Virus record (IMG/VR): IMGVR_UViG_3300007734_000720
Span: 1-51,071 of that record
Strand: one strand, 5' to 3'
From: a virus
Taxonomy: Duplodnaviria > Caudoviricetes
DNA length: 51,071 nucleotides
In this document: positions 26,384-35,783 of the stretch, piece after piece
Layout of the letters: each line of letters starts with the position of its first letter
How positions within the stretch are numbered: position 1 is the first letter of the stretch
Notes under the pieces: model-generated
Seen by the model: only the letters and a program-made list of their open reading frames with translations
The model's database searches: none
What the model was told of the DNA's origin: nothing
Program-made: the position numbers and the translations under genes

Positions 26384-26644
26384 ATGAGTGACTTTGAGCC
26401 AAGCCACCAGTCGAAGCATCCTGCGGGACGCTTCTATGGTGGAGTATCAAGGACAGTTCAAAATGAAATTGATGGGTTTGATGACACAGACCCAGAGCAA
26501 GTGCTCATTCGTCAAGACGATGAGCGTGATAACAGGTTCTTCATCAACACGCTTGATGATGTAGCCACGCCTTGCTACGAGCAAGACGATGACTACACAG
26601 ATGACCGTTTCCCTGAAATCAAACGCAGACTAACGGCAGAATGA
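26384..26644 (+). CDS. Acidic early protein (86 aa)
   Basis: GAAAGG SD; Asp/Glu-rich. Confidence 0.75.
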   Translation: MSDFEPSHQSKHPAGRFYGGVSRTVQNEIDGFDDTDPEQVLIRQDDERDNRFFINTLDDVATPCYEQDDDYTDDRFPEIKRRLTAE

Positions 26645-26699
26645 TTTCTCGTTGGTCTCGCCCCCCTGCTTCGCGTGGGTGCGAGCCCACCGAGAGAAA
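26645..26699 (+). promoter_or_regulatory. Early-region hairpin D
   Basis: TTTCTC..CTCGC / GCGAG..GAGAAA interrupted stem; loop contains GCTTCGC. Confidence 0.55.
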
Positions 26700-26745
26700 A
26701 TAAAAAAAAAACAAAAACAAAGTCCAACAGGACAGAAAGGTCGTC

Positions 26746-27207
26746 ATGACCACATCAACAAAGACCAAGACGGCGAAGGCACCAGCCACGACCGTCACCA
26801 CCCCAGAGACAGTGACATTGACAGTCGCATCTGTTGACAACGGAGCCAAGAACGGCAAGTTCGTACGCTTCGTAGCCAACCAACGCAACATTCAGTGGCA
26901 GGTGTACATGACCGACGCAAAAGTCATGGCGCACAAAATCAACGAAGGTTCCAAGTTGACCGTCCTCGCATCGTCAATCAAAATTGCCGACGCATACGAC
27001 ACAGTCAACAAGCGTCCAATGCTTGACGAGAATGGTCTCACATTCCCGTCACCAGTCGTCTATGGCTGGGTCAACGCAGAAGGCGAAACCGTTGAGTACG
27101 CATACGGCAAGGGAACGCTTGACATCGGCATCAAGATTGTCAAGAACGAGACCAACCCGAACATCGGCGAAGCACAGGCTAAATCAGCCTTTGACCCGCT
27201 GGCATAG
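26746..27207 (+). CDS. Hypothetical early protein (153 aa), possibly OB-fold
   Basis: GAAAGG SD, strongly C-ending codons, beta-rich core. Confidence 0.75.
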   Translation: MTTSTKTKTAKAPATTVTTPETVTLTVASVDNGAKNGKFVRFVANQRNIQWQVYMTDAKVMAHKINEGSKLTVLASSIKIADAYDTVNKRPMLDENGLTFPSPVVYGWVNAEGETVEYAYGKGTLDIGIKIVKNETNPNIGEAQAKSAFDPLA

Positions 27208-27220
27208 TCCAAGTCCACCC

Positions 27221-27411
27221 GAACCCACTTGTCCCCTCCGGGGCCAAGTGGGTTCATTACCACGCTAGGAGCATCGTGCTACCGCACTATTTCGCAAGCG
27301 AAATTGCCCCTTATCCAATCATTTCGGCAAAGCCGAAATCGTCAGGTCAAACCACAACCATGAACCACATGAACTTATTCTCGACCCCTCCGGGGCCAAG
27401 AGTAAGTTCAT
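27221..27411 (+). repeat. Two related hairpins (E, F) flanking two mini-hairpins
   Basis: 27221-27255 and 27369-27411 share CCCCTCCGGGGCCAAG; ATTTCGCAAGCGAAAT (27289-27304) and ATTTCGGCAAAGCCGAAAT (27321-27339) lie between them. Confidence 0.75.
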
Positions 27412-27460
27412 TTACTGCTACACAAATGAAAAGCAATCGGATGGGGCAGAAATTGGGTGC

Positions 27461-27497
27461 GTTTCTTGCGCCCCCTGCTCCGCGTGGCGCAAGAAAC
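27461..27497 (+). promoter_or_regulatory. Early-region hairpin G
   Basis: GTTTCTTGCGCC / GGCGCAAGAAAC 12-bp stem; loop contains GCTCCGC; AAAGGAG SD follows. Confidence 0.65.
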
Positions 27498-27519
27498 ACC
27501 CCCCAACAAAGGAGTAATA

Positions 27520-27762
27520 ATGAAAAAAAATGTTGAGTATTACGTTGGGTATTACAAAAAAGAAAAAATGGCTTGGTTGGATTTTTTAGAACTCTTTACT
27601 GATGAACTTACCTTGCAAGATTTGCGTTGGGTGTGGTTGTATATTGACAGATTTGACAACATCATCAAGAGATTACAAAATCCAAATTGTATGCACGAAA
27701 AACAAATAGAACAAAAATTAGACAGAGCACTTGCTAGACAAGTTCTCATCTACGGAAGATAG
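27520..27762 (+). CDS. Hypothetical early protein (80 aa)
   Basis: ATG 27520 after AAAGGAG; AT-rich. Confidence 0.7.
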   Translation: MKKNVEYYVGYYKKEKMAWLDFLELFTDELTLQDLRWVWLYIDRFDNIIKRLQNPNCMHEKQIEQKLDRALARQVLIYGR

Positions 27763-27771
27763 GAAAAACTC

Positions 27772-28020
27772 ATGAACGGCAATGTAATCATGCTAACCAA
27801 CAACGGTTCTGTCACATCAATTCGTATTGCAACGGCATGGACTGATGACCATGACCCTATTGTAATTGATATTCCATTCAAAACACATGACGAAGCATTT
27901 TTTTACTTCAATGCTTTGTCAAACTTGTTCGAGTTACCAAACTCAATTGTTTGGTCAGATGGTGTAGCAATAAGAGAAACCAACAAACGACACACAAGGA
28001 GCAGTAATGCCACTAAATAA
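27772..28020 (+). CDS. Hypothetical early protein (82 aa)
   Basis: AGGA SD, tight packing. Confidence 0.7.
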   Translation: MNGNVIMLTNNGSVTSIRIATAWTDDHDPIVIDIPFKTHDEAFFYFNALSNLFELPNSIVWSDGVAIRETNKRHTRSSNATK

Positions 28021-29113
28021 CGAAGAAGAAGAACAGATACTCTGTTACTCAAGCGGGTGCACAAACGCAGGTGAATTCACCAACGAATACACAGACGAAT
28101 ACTACTGTGAAGCTCACAACGAAATGGTCATCGACCATTACCACGAATCAAATGATGACCACAGTGATGACTACGGTGACGATGATGACAACGAAAGTGA
28201 TGAACGCACAATCCACAGCTACGGCTATCATCCACGAGCATCATTCATGCGTTCGGATGGAACACACTCAATGTATGTTACATACTTGGACCCAAGCATG
28301 CCAGGAGAAGTGCGCTCAAACAAAAGAACAACATTCACAATGGGTTTCGAACTCGAAACACAATATGTTGGTGACAACGCATTCGGCAGAGAGATACCAA
28401 TAGAGTTGCTCAACGATGTGAACTCATCACATGAATCAGACATCTACCTCAAAGAAGATGGCTCTGTATACAACGGCTTTGAGATTGTGTCACACCCAGG
28501 TGAACTTGACTACTTCATGAATCACTTCAAATGGAAAGGCATCGAAAACCTTGCCCGCAAAGGCTTTCAAGCATGGAAACGTCCATGTTGTGGATTACAC
28601 GTGCACGTAGCCAAATCAGCATTCGCTGACACATCACACAAATTCAAGTTCATTGCATTTGTGTACAAGAACAGACCAGAAATGGTTCAACTTGCTGGTC
28701 GTGAGAGTCACGACTACGCAAGTTATGACATCAAGCGTTTCCTCAACAGCCACAGGGACTGGGTGGATGACAACGGCAAAATCATCCGACACACAAACCT
28801 AATGAAAATGGCTAAAGGTGAAGACTGTAACAACTCACGCAGTGTTGCTGTCAATATTCAAAACGAAAAAACAATCGAATTACGATTGTTCAAACCTTCA
28901 CTAAAAACAGAAACAGTCAGAGTGGCACTCCAATTCTGTGACGCACTATTCAATTACACAGAAGTAATCAGCACTTACGACATTCTACAAAAGAATGCTT
29001 TGACATTCCCAGAGTTTCGTAAATGGGTGACAGCCAACAACGAGAAATACAAAGTTCTCGACACACGCATATCAGAAAGAGTCAAAGTCAAATCAACAGG
29101 AAGAGACGTATAA
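28007..29113 (+). CDS. Putative amidoligase (COOH-NH2 ligase, glutamine-synthetase-like fold)
   Basis: GFELET, KEDGSV, GFEIVSHP, CGLHVHV, TIELRLF. Confidence 0.88.
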   Translation: MPLNNEEEEQILCYSSGCTNAGEFTNEYTDEYYCEAHNEMVIDHYHESNDDHSDDYGDDDDNESDERTIHSYGYHPRASFMRSDGTHSMYVTYLDPSMPGEVRSNKRTTFTMGFELETQYVGDNAFGREIPIELLNDVNSSHESDIYLKEDGSVYNGFEIVSHPGELDYFMNHFKWKGIENLARKGFQAWKRPCCGLHVHVAKSAFADTSHKFKFIAFVYKNRPEMVQLAGRESHDYASYDIKRFLNSHRDWVDDNGKIIRHTNLMKMAKGEDCNNSRSVAVNIQNEKTIELRLFKPSLKTETVRVALQFCDALFNYTEVISTYDILQKNALTFPEFRKWVTANNEKYKVLDTRISERVKVKSTGRDV

Positions 29114-29114
29114 C

Positions 29115-30122
29115 ATGTGTCTACTCACATTCATGCCGTCCGACGTTACACCGGACATGTCACGGTTCAAAGAAGCAGCACTCAACAATGGTGATGGCTT
29201 CGGATTCGCAATTTTAGAGTCAAAAGGCTTTATAAAAGCGCATTCTATGAACTTCAACGAAGTTGCCAACAAATTCGTTGACGCTCGTGACAAGCACAAA
29301 GGTCCAGCCATATTCCACTTCAGATGGGCTACACATGGTACGGAAACAGTTGACAACTGTCATCCGTTCCTACTCGGTGATGACCCAACATCCGTTGTTG
29401 GTCACAACGGAATACTTGACGTGCAAATTCCCAAAGATGACAAACGCAGTGACACCAAAATATTCGCAGAAGACATAATGCCAGCAATCGGTGGCATCAC
29501 ATCTCTGGATGATGAAAAGTACTTCAACACAATGGAAACATGGGCAGGTGGCAACAAACTAGTCTTCCTCACCCACAATGATGACGCCAAGTTCAATTGG
29601 TACATCCTCAATGCACATCTAGGTCATTGGGACCAAGACATGTGGTGGTCAAACACATCATACAAAAAGTATGCGCCAATTGCCAGCACATACCAAGCAA
29701 CCCACTCATTGTGGGATGATGACGATTACGGCTACGAATCGTACAACAACTATCGTTGGGATTACGCAGACAGACGATACGTATCAATACATGACAACAA
29801 ACCACTTGAAATCGTCGAGTACGACGACGAAGCAGAACTATGGCAAGAAGACATTGAAGAAATAGCAATGGAAAAGTTCAAAGTGTTCATGACATACATT
29901 GACGAAGAAAGCAGTCTTGTCGAATGCTACACATGTGCTGTCGCATACACAGTTGACGATGAAATGTGGCCAACAGAATGCCCAAACTGTGATGCATGTC
30001 TACATTGTGGACACTACGGCGGATGCAACTGTTGGCTAGGTCTAGATGATTTCTTTCATCTAGCAGGTTTCCCATTACCACGTAAAAATTTATACACAAC
30101 ACAAAAGGAGATAGCAAAATGA
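29115..30122 (+). CDS. Class II (Ntn) glutamine amidotransferase with C-terminal Zn-ribbons
   Basis: Cys2 nucleophile, HFRWATHG, HPF, HNGI, SDT; CYTC/CPNC/CLHC tail. Confidence 0.9.
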   Translation: MCLLTFMPSDVTPDMSRFKEAALNNGDGFGFAILESKGFIKAHSMNFNEVANKFVDARDKHKGPAIFHFRWATHGTETVDNCHPFLLGDDPTSVVGHNGILDVQIPKDDKRSDTKIFAEDIMPAIGGITSLDDEKYFNTMETWAGGNKLVFLTHNDDAKFNWYILNAHLGHWDQDMWWSNTSYKKYAPIASTYQATHSLWDDDDYGYESYNNYRWDYADRRYVSIHDNKPLEIVEYDDEAELWQEDIEEIAMEKFKVFMTYIDEESSLVECYTCAVAYTVDDEMWPTECPNCDACLHCGHYGGCNCWLGLDDFFHLAGFPLPRKNLYTTQKEIAK

Positions 30123-30637
30123 CAACCATCAGACTCATCCCACAAGTAATGGAGTTTGATGTAGCAATCGATGCTGCATCAATGCCATCACTATTCAATC
30201 AATCGTTGGAAACAACAATCTGTGAAAAAATTGATGAGCATGTATCCAACCGAATACCAACAGCAGAAACTGTCGCAGAACAACTTGAAGGTTCAAGAGA
30301 CTTCCTACGACGCATGCGTGACTGGGTTATCGAATCAATGGACCACAATGAAATCGCAAGACAAATTGGTAATGACATCAGCGTAAGCGACATCATCGAA
30401 TCATTGGACATCAACAGCGAAACAATCCTCGGCAACCCAACATTCCTGCGTCAAATGACGGAATACACAAGATTCCGTTCTCTCGTTCAAAACGCTGTCA
30501 ACAACCTACATGAAACAATGAGCGTAGAACAAATCATTGAAGACAAAATCAATACAATGTCTGTCAACATCGCAAACGAAGTTGCCGACAAAGTCATGAC
30601 AGTAATCATCAACAGGTTCAGCAACAGAGATGTCTGA
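30119..30637 (+). CDS. Hypothetical helical protein (172 aa)
   Basis: AAGGAG SD, ATGA overlap. Confidence 0.8.
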   Translation: MTTIRLIPQVMEFDVAIDAASMPSLFNQSLETTICEKIDEHVSNRIPTAETVAEQLEGSRDFLRRMRDWVIESMDHNEIARQIGNDISVSDIIESLDINSETILGNPTFLRQMTEYTRFRSLVQNAVNNLHETMSVEQIIEDKINTMSVNIANEVADKVMTVIINRFSNRDV

Positions 30638-30893
30638 TACAAGCTGGATGATTGGAGCAATGTGCTACGGAAAACCAACACGATGGTGGTTCCCACAACA
30701 CAGAGACAAAGCAGATGATGTGTACAACTTCAGAGTGGCAAAACGCATCTGCAGCACATGCTCAGTAAAACAGCAATGCCTGGAATATGGCATAGCAACC
30801 AATTCATTCGGAGTGTGGGGTGGGATTACCCTACAAGGAAGGCATGACAGATATGGCTCAAGAGATAAAACACTGGATATGTCAAATGTGTAA
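30630..30893 (+). CDS. whiB: WhiB family transcriptional regulator
   Basis: Four Cys (C...CxxC-x5-C) and FGVWGG. Confidence 0.93.
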   Translation: MSDTSWMIGAMCYGKPTRWWFPQHRDKADDVYNFRVAKRICSTCSVKQQCLEYGIATNSFGVWGGITLQGRHDRYGSRDKTLDMSNV

Positions 30894-30977
30894 AAAAGTA
30901 ATTACCACTTACGTTCCATTACGCAATACCCCAACATGTACAAATAAACATAAACCAACTGAAATGGAGAAATACAA

Positions 30978-31466
30978 ATGACAACAAGCAAAGCATTCAA
31001 AATGATTGATGATGAAATCGCCAAAAAAATGCCAACAGGTGATGATGGCTTCAATCTAGAAAAAGCAGGATTGTATGGCATCCACGAATTCGCAGATGGT
31101 GGTGCAATCGCAATCAAAGAATCAGACAACGGAGACGTATACGAATTGCTCAGCAACCTCAACAACGTCGTCAAGCTCATCCCTTATGACGGATTCGGTA
31201 TCGTCACAGTCGGTTGGGCAGCACCAATTGCAAAAGACCTAGATGATTTCGACGGACCACCAAGTAAACACCCAGAAAAAAGACGAGTTCGTTTGTTCTG
31301 CTACTGCAATGCACAAGGTGAAGTCTCTTCATCAATCCGATTCAAAGACGATGATGAAGTTACCTACGATGAAAACCAAGCAACAGGTAGTCTCAAGGAA
31401 GCAATGACTGTCATGTTCAAAGACAAAAAAGACGCAACCAAAGCGTTCAAAGCATTCCAAGACTAA
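30978..31466 (+). CDS. Hypothetical protein (162 aa)
   Basis: GGAG SD; GWAAP...PSKHPEKRRVRL. Confidence 0.8.
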   Translation: MTTSKAFKMIDDEIAKKMPTGDDGFNLEKAGLYGIHEFADGGAIAIKESDNGDVYELLSNLNNVVKLIPYDGFGIVTVGWAAPIAKDLDDFDGPPSKHPEKRRVRLFCYCNAQGEVSSSIRFKDDDEVTYDENQATGSLKEAMTVMFKDKKDATKAFKAFQD

Positions 31467-31678
31467 TGCATACAGCAACGCAAGAAGACTTACGACTATT
31501 CGTAAACTGGTTAGCCGGACATGGTATGCCAACCGTAGACACCTACAGTTGGTTAGTCCGTTGCGAAGACTGGGTCAGGTCACACATTGAAGAAGACAAA
31601 AACTCAATTGAATGGATTATTCCATTTCCAAAAGGAGACACAAATGCAGGTGAAAGAAGCAATAGCAGCACTGTATAA
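31466..31678 (+). CDS. Hypothetical protein (70 aa)
   Basis: TAATG coupling. Confidence 0.6.
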   Translation: MHTATQEDLRLFVNWLAGHGMPTVDTYSWLVRCEDWVRSHIEEDKNSIEWIIPFPKGDTNAGERSNSSTV

Positions 31679-31892
31679 ACTAAATGATGATGAAGAAATA
31701 TGTATGTACTGGCAAGCAAGGCCAGACAACATCAATATATACGCATGGGCATGGATTTGTGAAGAGTTCCCACTTGAAATATCACGTGAGTTCAATAACA
31801 TATTCTGTGACACAATCATGTCACTAAACGAGTTATACCCTTATGATGTAAGGGTTGCGTCGGGGGATGTGGTATTCGTTGAGAAAAAATGA
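31644..31892 (+). CDS. Hypothetical protein (82 aa)
   Basis: ATG 31644 after AAAGGAG. Confidence 0.65.
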   Translation: MQVKEAIAALYKLNDDEEICMYWQARPDNINIYAWAWICEEFPLEISREFNNIFCDTIMSLNELYPYDVRVASGDVVFVEKK

Positions 31893-32145
31893 ACCAACCC
31901 TTGATGTAACGATTACGCTTACAGAGTTAAGAGCAGTCGTCAAATCCCTATCAATCGGGACAGACCAACTAGCCAAAAAAATAAATCGCCTGGGCGATGA
32001 CAAACGAGCAGATGATGTATACGCCGAGTTTGCTGACTTGATGTCAGCAAAGAAAGAGATGGAAGAAGTCTTACTGGCAGCACTACAAGGAGAATCACTT
32101 GATAATCAAAACAATTATGGCCATGGCCATACTGCTAGGGAGTAA
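31879..32145 (+). CDS. Hypothetical coiled-coil protein
   Basis: Start uncertain (31867 or 31879); helical composition. Confidence 0.6.
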   Translation: MRKNEPTLDVTITLTELRAVVKSLSIGTDQLAKKINRLGDDKRADDVYAEFADLMSAKKEMEEVLLAALQGESLDNQNNYGHGHTARE

Positions 32146-32518
32146 CACCCCAAAGGAACCAAGACCAATAGTCAACTATCCACAAGCACCGCAAACAGCC
32201 AAGTGCCCGCAGTTCTGGGAAACAGCTCTACAAGTCGGGTGGAAATGGAAAGACCTGGCAGTCTTAGATAAAATCATGTTTCGAGAATCTAGATGTAATC
32301 CTCTAGCCTTCAACTCAACGGACCCAATGGGTGGCTCAAGAGGGCTTGTACAAATAAATGGCTTCTGGACACCCTGGCTCAAAGAACGAGGCGTCCTAAG
32401 CCCTCCTAAAGCGTCTGAAGGGCTGTTCAATCCCGCAGTCAACCTTCTCTCTGCACTACACATCTACAACTATGGCGTTGACAAATACGGTGACGGATGG
32501 GGACCTTGGGGTACTTGA
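32099..32518 (+). CDS. Lytic transglycosylase (SLT-like), with N-terminal signal/anchor
   Basis: IMFRESRCNP catalytic Glu, SRGLVQIN, LFNPAVN, GWGPW. Confidence 0.88.
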   Translation: MIIKTIMAMAILLGSNTPKEPRPIVNYPQAPQTAKCPQFWETALQVGWKWKDLAVLDKIMFRESRCNPLAFNSTDPMGGSRGLVQINGFWTPWLKERGVLSPPKASEGLFNPAVNLLSALHIYNYGVDKYGDGWGPWGT

Positions 32519-32542
32519 CAGAATCCACAAAATTGATATAAT
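32515..32542 (+). promoter_or_regulatory. Consensus housekeeping-sigma promoter for the replication operon
   Basis: TTGACA-N16-TATAAT with extended -10 TG; 9-bp hairpin 32568-32588 and AAGGAG SD downstream. Confidence 0.8.
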
Positions 32543-32604
32543 GCCCTTACAGGTACAAGCCACTGTAGCACCACCCGTCGGGTGGTGCGCAACAAGGAGA
32601 ACCA

Positions 32605-33438
32605 ATGAGAATCGAAGATAACAAAATCTTCATCCGCCAGTCTTGGCTGGGTGATGCGCTAATGTGCCCCGAACGTGCAAGACTTTCAGCCTTACACCCC
32701 GAGTCTCGCAAAGAAAACGACTCTGCCATGATGGGCACTGCCTGTCACACTGGCATTGAAGCTGTGCTCAATGAAGAAGTCACAGCCCAACACATGGGAG
32801 ACCATGCTGTGGAATCATTCCGTTGGAAAGAAAAAGAGTTGATTGAAGCAGGCAAAGCAATCAACATCACTAACACCAATCCGTCTCACTGGAACACACA
32901 CATTCGTTCAATGTGTGATGCATGGTTGCGAGATATCTATCCCAATGTGCCACTCGGTGGCACATCAGAATTCAAGTTCTCTACTCAAGTAGGAATGATT
33001 GGTGCCTACGAACTTCACTTCGAAGGAACTATGGATTACTTTCATCAAGAAAGTATTTGGGATTGGAAAACTGCTGCACGTAAATATTACCAAGCAGAAA
33101 AACAATCACAAAATATCCAATCATCTATTTACACCAAAGCAGCATATGAAATGGGGCTAATTGATTACCCAGCCACATTCAAGTTTGGTGTCATGATTCG
33201 CAATGCGTCCAGTACCGGACAAATTGTGAGTGTCAACAGAACAGAAGCCCATGGCAACTGGATTGTTGAACAAGCAACAGCATTAGCACAGATGGTGCTA
33301 ATGTACAACAATGACCCATCGGGTGGTCGATGGCTTGCCAATGACCAACACTTTCTCTGTTCGCAGAGATGGTGCCCAGTGTGGGATAAATGCAAGGGGG
33401 GCTACGTAGGCTCCGATAACGCCGAGGAGGCAGAGTAA
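32605..33438 (+). CDS. PD-(D/E)XK RecB/Cas4-like exonuclease
   Basis: CP...GTACH...GTMD...DWKT...Q...Y...C...WCP...C. Confidence 0.88.
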   Translation: MRIEDNKIFIRQSWLGDALMCPERARLSALHPESRKENDSAMMGTACHTGIEAVLNEEVTAQHMGDHAVESFRWKEKELIEAGKAINITNTNPSHWNTHIRSMCDAWLRDIYPNVPLGGTSEFKFSTQVGMIGAYELHFEGTMDYFHQESIWDWKTAARKYYQAEKQSQNIQSSIYTKAAYEMGLIDYPATFKFGVMIRNASSTGQIVSVNRTEAHGNWIVEQATALAQMVLMYNNDPSGGRWLANDQHFLCSQRWCPVWDKCKGGYVGSDNAEEAE

Positions 33439-33860
33439 TGGATAAAGATAAAGCCATAATCACTCAAGTCTGTGCAAAGATTGCAGCAGACTTGACAGAC
33501 AAAACAAAAGAGATGGATGCTCGTCTAAGCGAGTATGCAGTACTCTTCTCAACCATCAAAGACATTGTGTTCGACGAAATCTTCGGTGACACATCAGCAG
33601 CACAAGAAGTGCCAACGAACAACGTTGTCCAAATGGTTCAGTCATCATTCGCAGGAAGCGAAGCAGTTTCCTCGGGTGGGACGGTAAGCATCAAAGGCAC
33701 CACGCACGGTCCAGTACCTGAATGGCTCATCAAAGCCTGCAAGCGTGACGGTGTTACAGAAGTATGGGACAACCGTGACGGTTTGGCAGAAAACCCAAAG
33801 CGTCCTTCGTTCCGTGCAACAAGTGGAGAAAAGTCCTACTGGCCACCACGAGGTAAGTAA
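33438..33860 (+). CDS. Hypothetical replication/recombination-region protein (140 aa)
   Basis: Coupled between exonuclease and helicase; WDNR...NPKRPSF C-domain. Confidence 0.75.
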   Translation: MDKDKAIITQVCAKIAADLTDKTKEMDARLSEYAVLFSTIKDIVFDEIFGDTSAAQEVPTNNVVQMVQSSFAGSEAVSSGGTVSIKGTTHGPVPEWLIKACKRDGVTEVWDNRDGLAENPKRPSFRATSGEKSYWPPRGK

Positions 33861-34894
33861 TGAAAATGTCCGCAGAAGAAATTGCTGCGGGCTGGGAAAT
33901 GGTGGGGAGACACAATGTCTCCCCACTTTCCGAACACCGAATGTACACACCACTAGGTGAGTCAGTTGACTCGTTTGTCAGATGGGCTCAATCCCCACAA
34001 GAACGTATCAATCTCGGTATTGCCCGCATAGATACAGAGATGAGAGGAATTGCACCTGGAGAAATCGCCATGGTGCTTGGGTTCGCACACGGTGGCAAGA
34101 CATTATTATTACTTCACATGCTGTGCAATAACCGCGACAAGCATGTCGCGCTCTTCATCCCAGACGAACCAAGAGAACTTGTTCTCATCAAGCTCACCTG
34201 CATCACACACAACATTGACGCCAGAGTTCTTGAACAACGCATCGCAGACCATGACGAAGAAGCAATAGAACTACTACACAAGACAGCCAACGAAGACTAC
34301 CCAAACCTCGCAGTCTTTGACCAATCACTTACAGCAGGTGACATGGAGCGTGGCTACAACGAACTGTGTGATGTCTGGAATCAAGCACCAGAACTTGTTG
34401 TTGTGGACTTCTTGGACCTCATCCAAGCAGGTGAAACTGTGCCCGACAAGGCCAACTTCCTCAAAGGTTTCGGACGCAAACACGATGTACCGCTGCTTGT
34501 GTTACACCAAACCTCACGACATGCAGGTGCTGATGGTAAAAAACCAACCATGAGTTCGGGTGCATTCGGTGGTGAGCAACAAGCCACAGCAATCCTTGGT
34601 GTTCGTAGGCGCAAGTATGAAATACAAACAGAGATTAACGAACTCATCGAGAAGCTCAACAAAGGTGGCTCCGAACGCTCACAAGAGCGTTTGGAGTTCT
34701 TGCGTTACGAAGCAAAAATACATGAACACACAGTCACAGTCAACCTACTCAAAAACAAACGACCCGCCGGTCAACTTGTTGATGATGTGGATTTCGAACT
34801 CAACGCCATGACTGGTCGCATTCGTGAACTCAACGGTGAACTACCAAGACAATACAAACAGATGGGACTTGAATATGAACATCCCTATGACTGA
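33860..34894 (+). CDS. DnaB-like (SF4) replicative helicase
   Basis: GFAHGGKT Walker A, VVVDFLDLI Walker B, LLVLHQTSR, KNKR. Confidence 0.88.
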   Translation: MKMSAEEIAAGWEMVGRHNVSPLSEHRMYTPLGESVDSFVRWAQSPQERINLGIARIDTEMRGIAPGEIAMVLGFAHGGKTLLLLHMLCNNRDKHVALFIPDEPRELVLIKLTCITHNIDARVLEQRIADHDEEAIELLHKTANEDYPNLAVFDQSLTAGDMERGYNELCDVWNQAPELVVVDFLDLIQAGETVPDKANFLKGFGRKHDVPLLVLHQTSRHAGADGKKPTMSSGAFGGEQQATAILGVRRRKYEIQTEINELIEKLNKGGSERSQERLEFLRYEAKIHEHTVTVNLLKNKRPAGQLVDDVDFELNAMTGRIRELNGELPRQYKQMGLEYEHPYD

Positions 34895-35783
34895 TGCCAT
34901 CGAAGAGTTCATGGAACTCTTCCAAGGTCGCACAGATGCATACGGCACCTGGGAAGGTGGTTCAGTAAAAGAACCAACAAACTATAAAACGTTCGCACGT
35001 CATCTATATGACGAAGAGTTCGTCGGTATCTACCCACTCAAAGATGACCACACCGTCAGGTGGGGTTGTTCTGACATTGATGTTGACAACATAGACCTCG
35101 CAAGAAATCTACAGTACGCACTTCAAGCACAAAAGATTCCAGCGTTCGTAGAAAAAACTGTCAGGGGATTCCATGTCTGGGTGTTCGCATCAGAATGGGT
35201 ATCTGCTGCAATCATGCGCAGAGCCTTCTTGGCAGCGCACGAAGCAATCAATCTAATTGCTAAAGAAGTAAACCCCAAGCAAGAACAAGCCAAAGATGTA
35301 GGTAATTACGTAAGACTACCATACCCAGGAGCAATGGTGACAACACCAACAGCACGATACATGATTGATGACAATGACCAACCAATTGAAATTGGAACAT
35401 TCATATCAGAAGCACTAGACAATCGAGTAACAGCCGACATGCTCAGACCACTAGCAGAAATGCACAGACCAAGAACAAAAACCACAATGGAAAACCTAGA
35501 TGTATCTGCATCGGTGGAAGAAGCACTCAGACATTGCTCAAGATATTCCAAACATCTATGGTTCAATGGACCACTAGAACGTCAAGACAGGTCAAACACA
35601 CTGTGTCAACTTGCCCACACAATGAACCAGTACAATGTTCCCATCAACTTCGCATACATCGTGCTCGTTGATGCAGACAAACGGTGGGGCAAATTCCACC
35701 TACGTGAAGACTGCGTAGAACAATTAGTAAAGATAATCGAAGACACCTACGGCGAAGACAACAGAACGGCATTCAGACCATGA
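34875..35783 (+). CDS. Archaeo-eukaryotic primase (prim-pol)
   Basis: FQGRTDAYG, VGIYPL, SDID, RGFHVWVF, GNYVRLPY, C-terminal DRS. Confidence 0.85.
   Translation: MNIPMTDAIEEFMELFQGRTDAYGTWEGGSVKEPTNYKTFARHLYDEEFVGIYPLKDDHTVRWGCSDIDVDNIDLARNLQYALQAQKIPAFVEKTVRGFHVWVFASEWVSAAIMRRAFLAAHEAINLIAKEVNPKQEQAKDVGNYVRLPYPGAMVTTPTARYMIDDNDQPIEIGTFISEALDNRVTADMLRPLAEMHRPRTKTTMENLDVSASVEEALRHCSRYSKHLWFNGPLERQDRSNTLCQLAHTMNQYNVPINFAYIVLVDADKRWGKFHLREDCVEQLVKIIEDTYGEDNRTAFRP

Noticed and set aside
27221-27411. Mini CRISPR array
   Set aside because: Only two dissimilar repeats, separated by more than 100 nt of structured sequence; the Cas4-like nuclease is a common phage exonuclease
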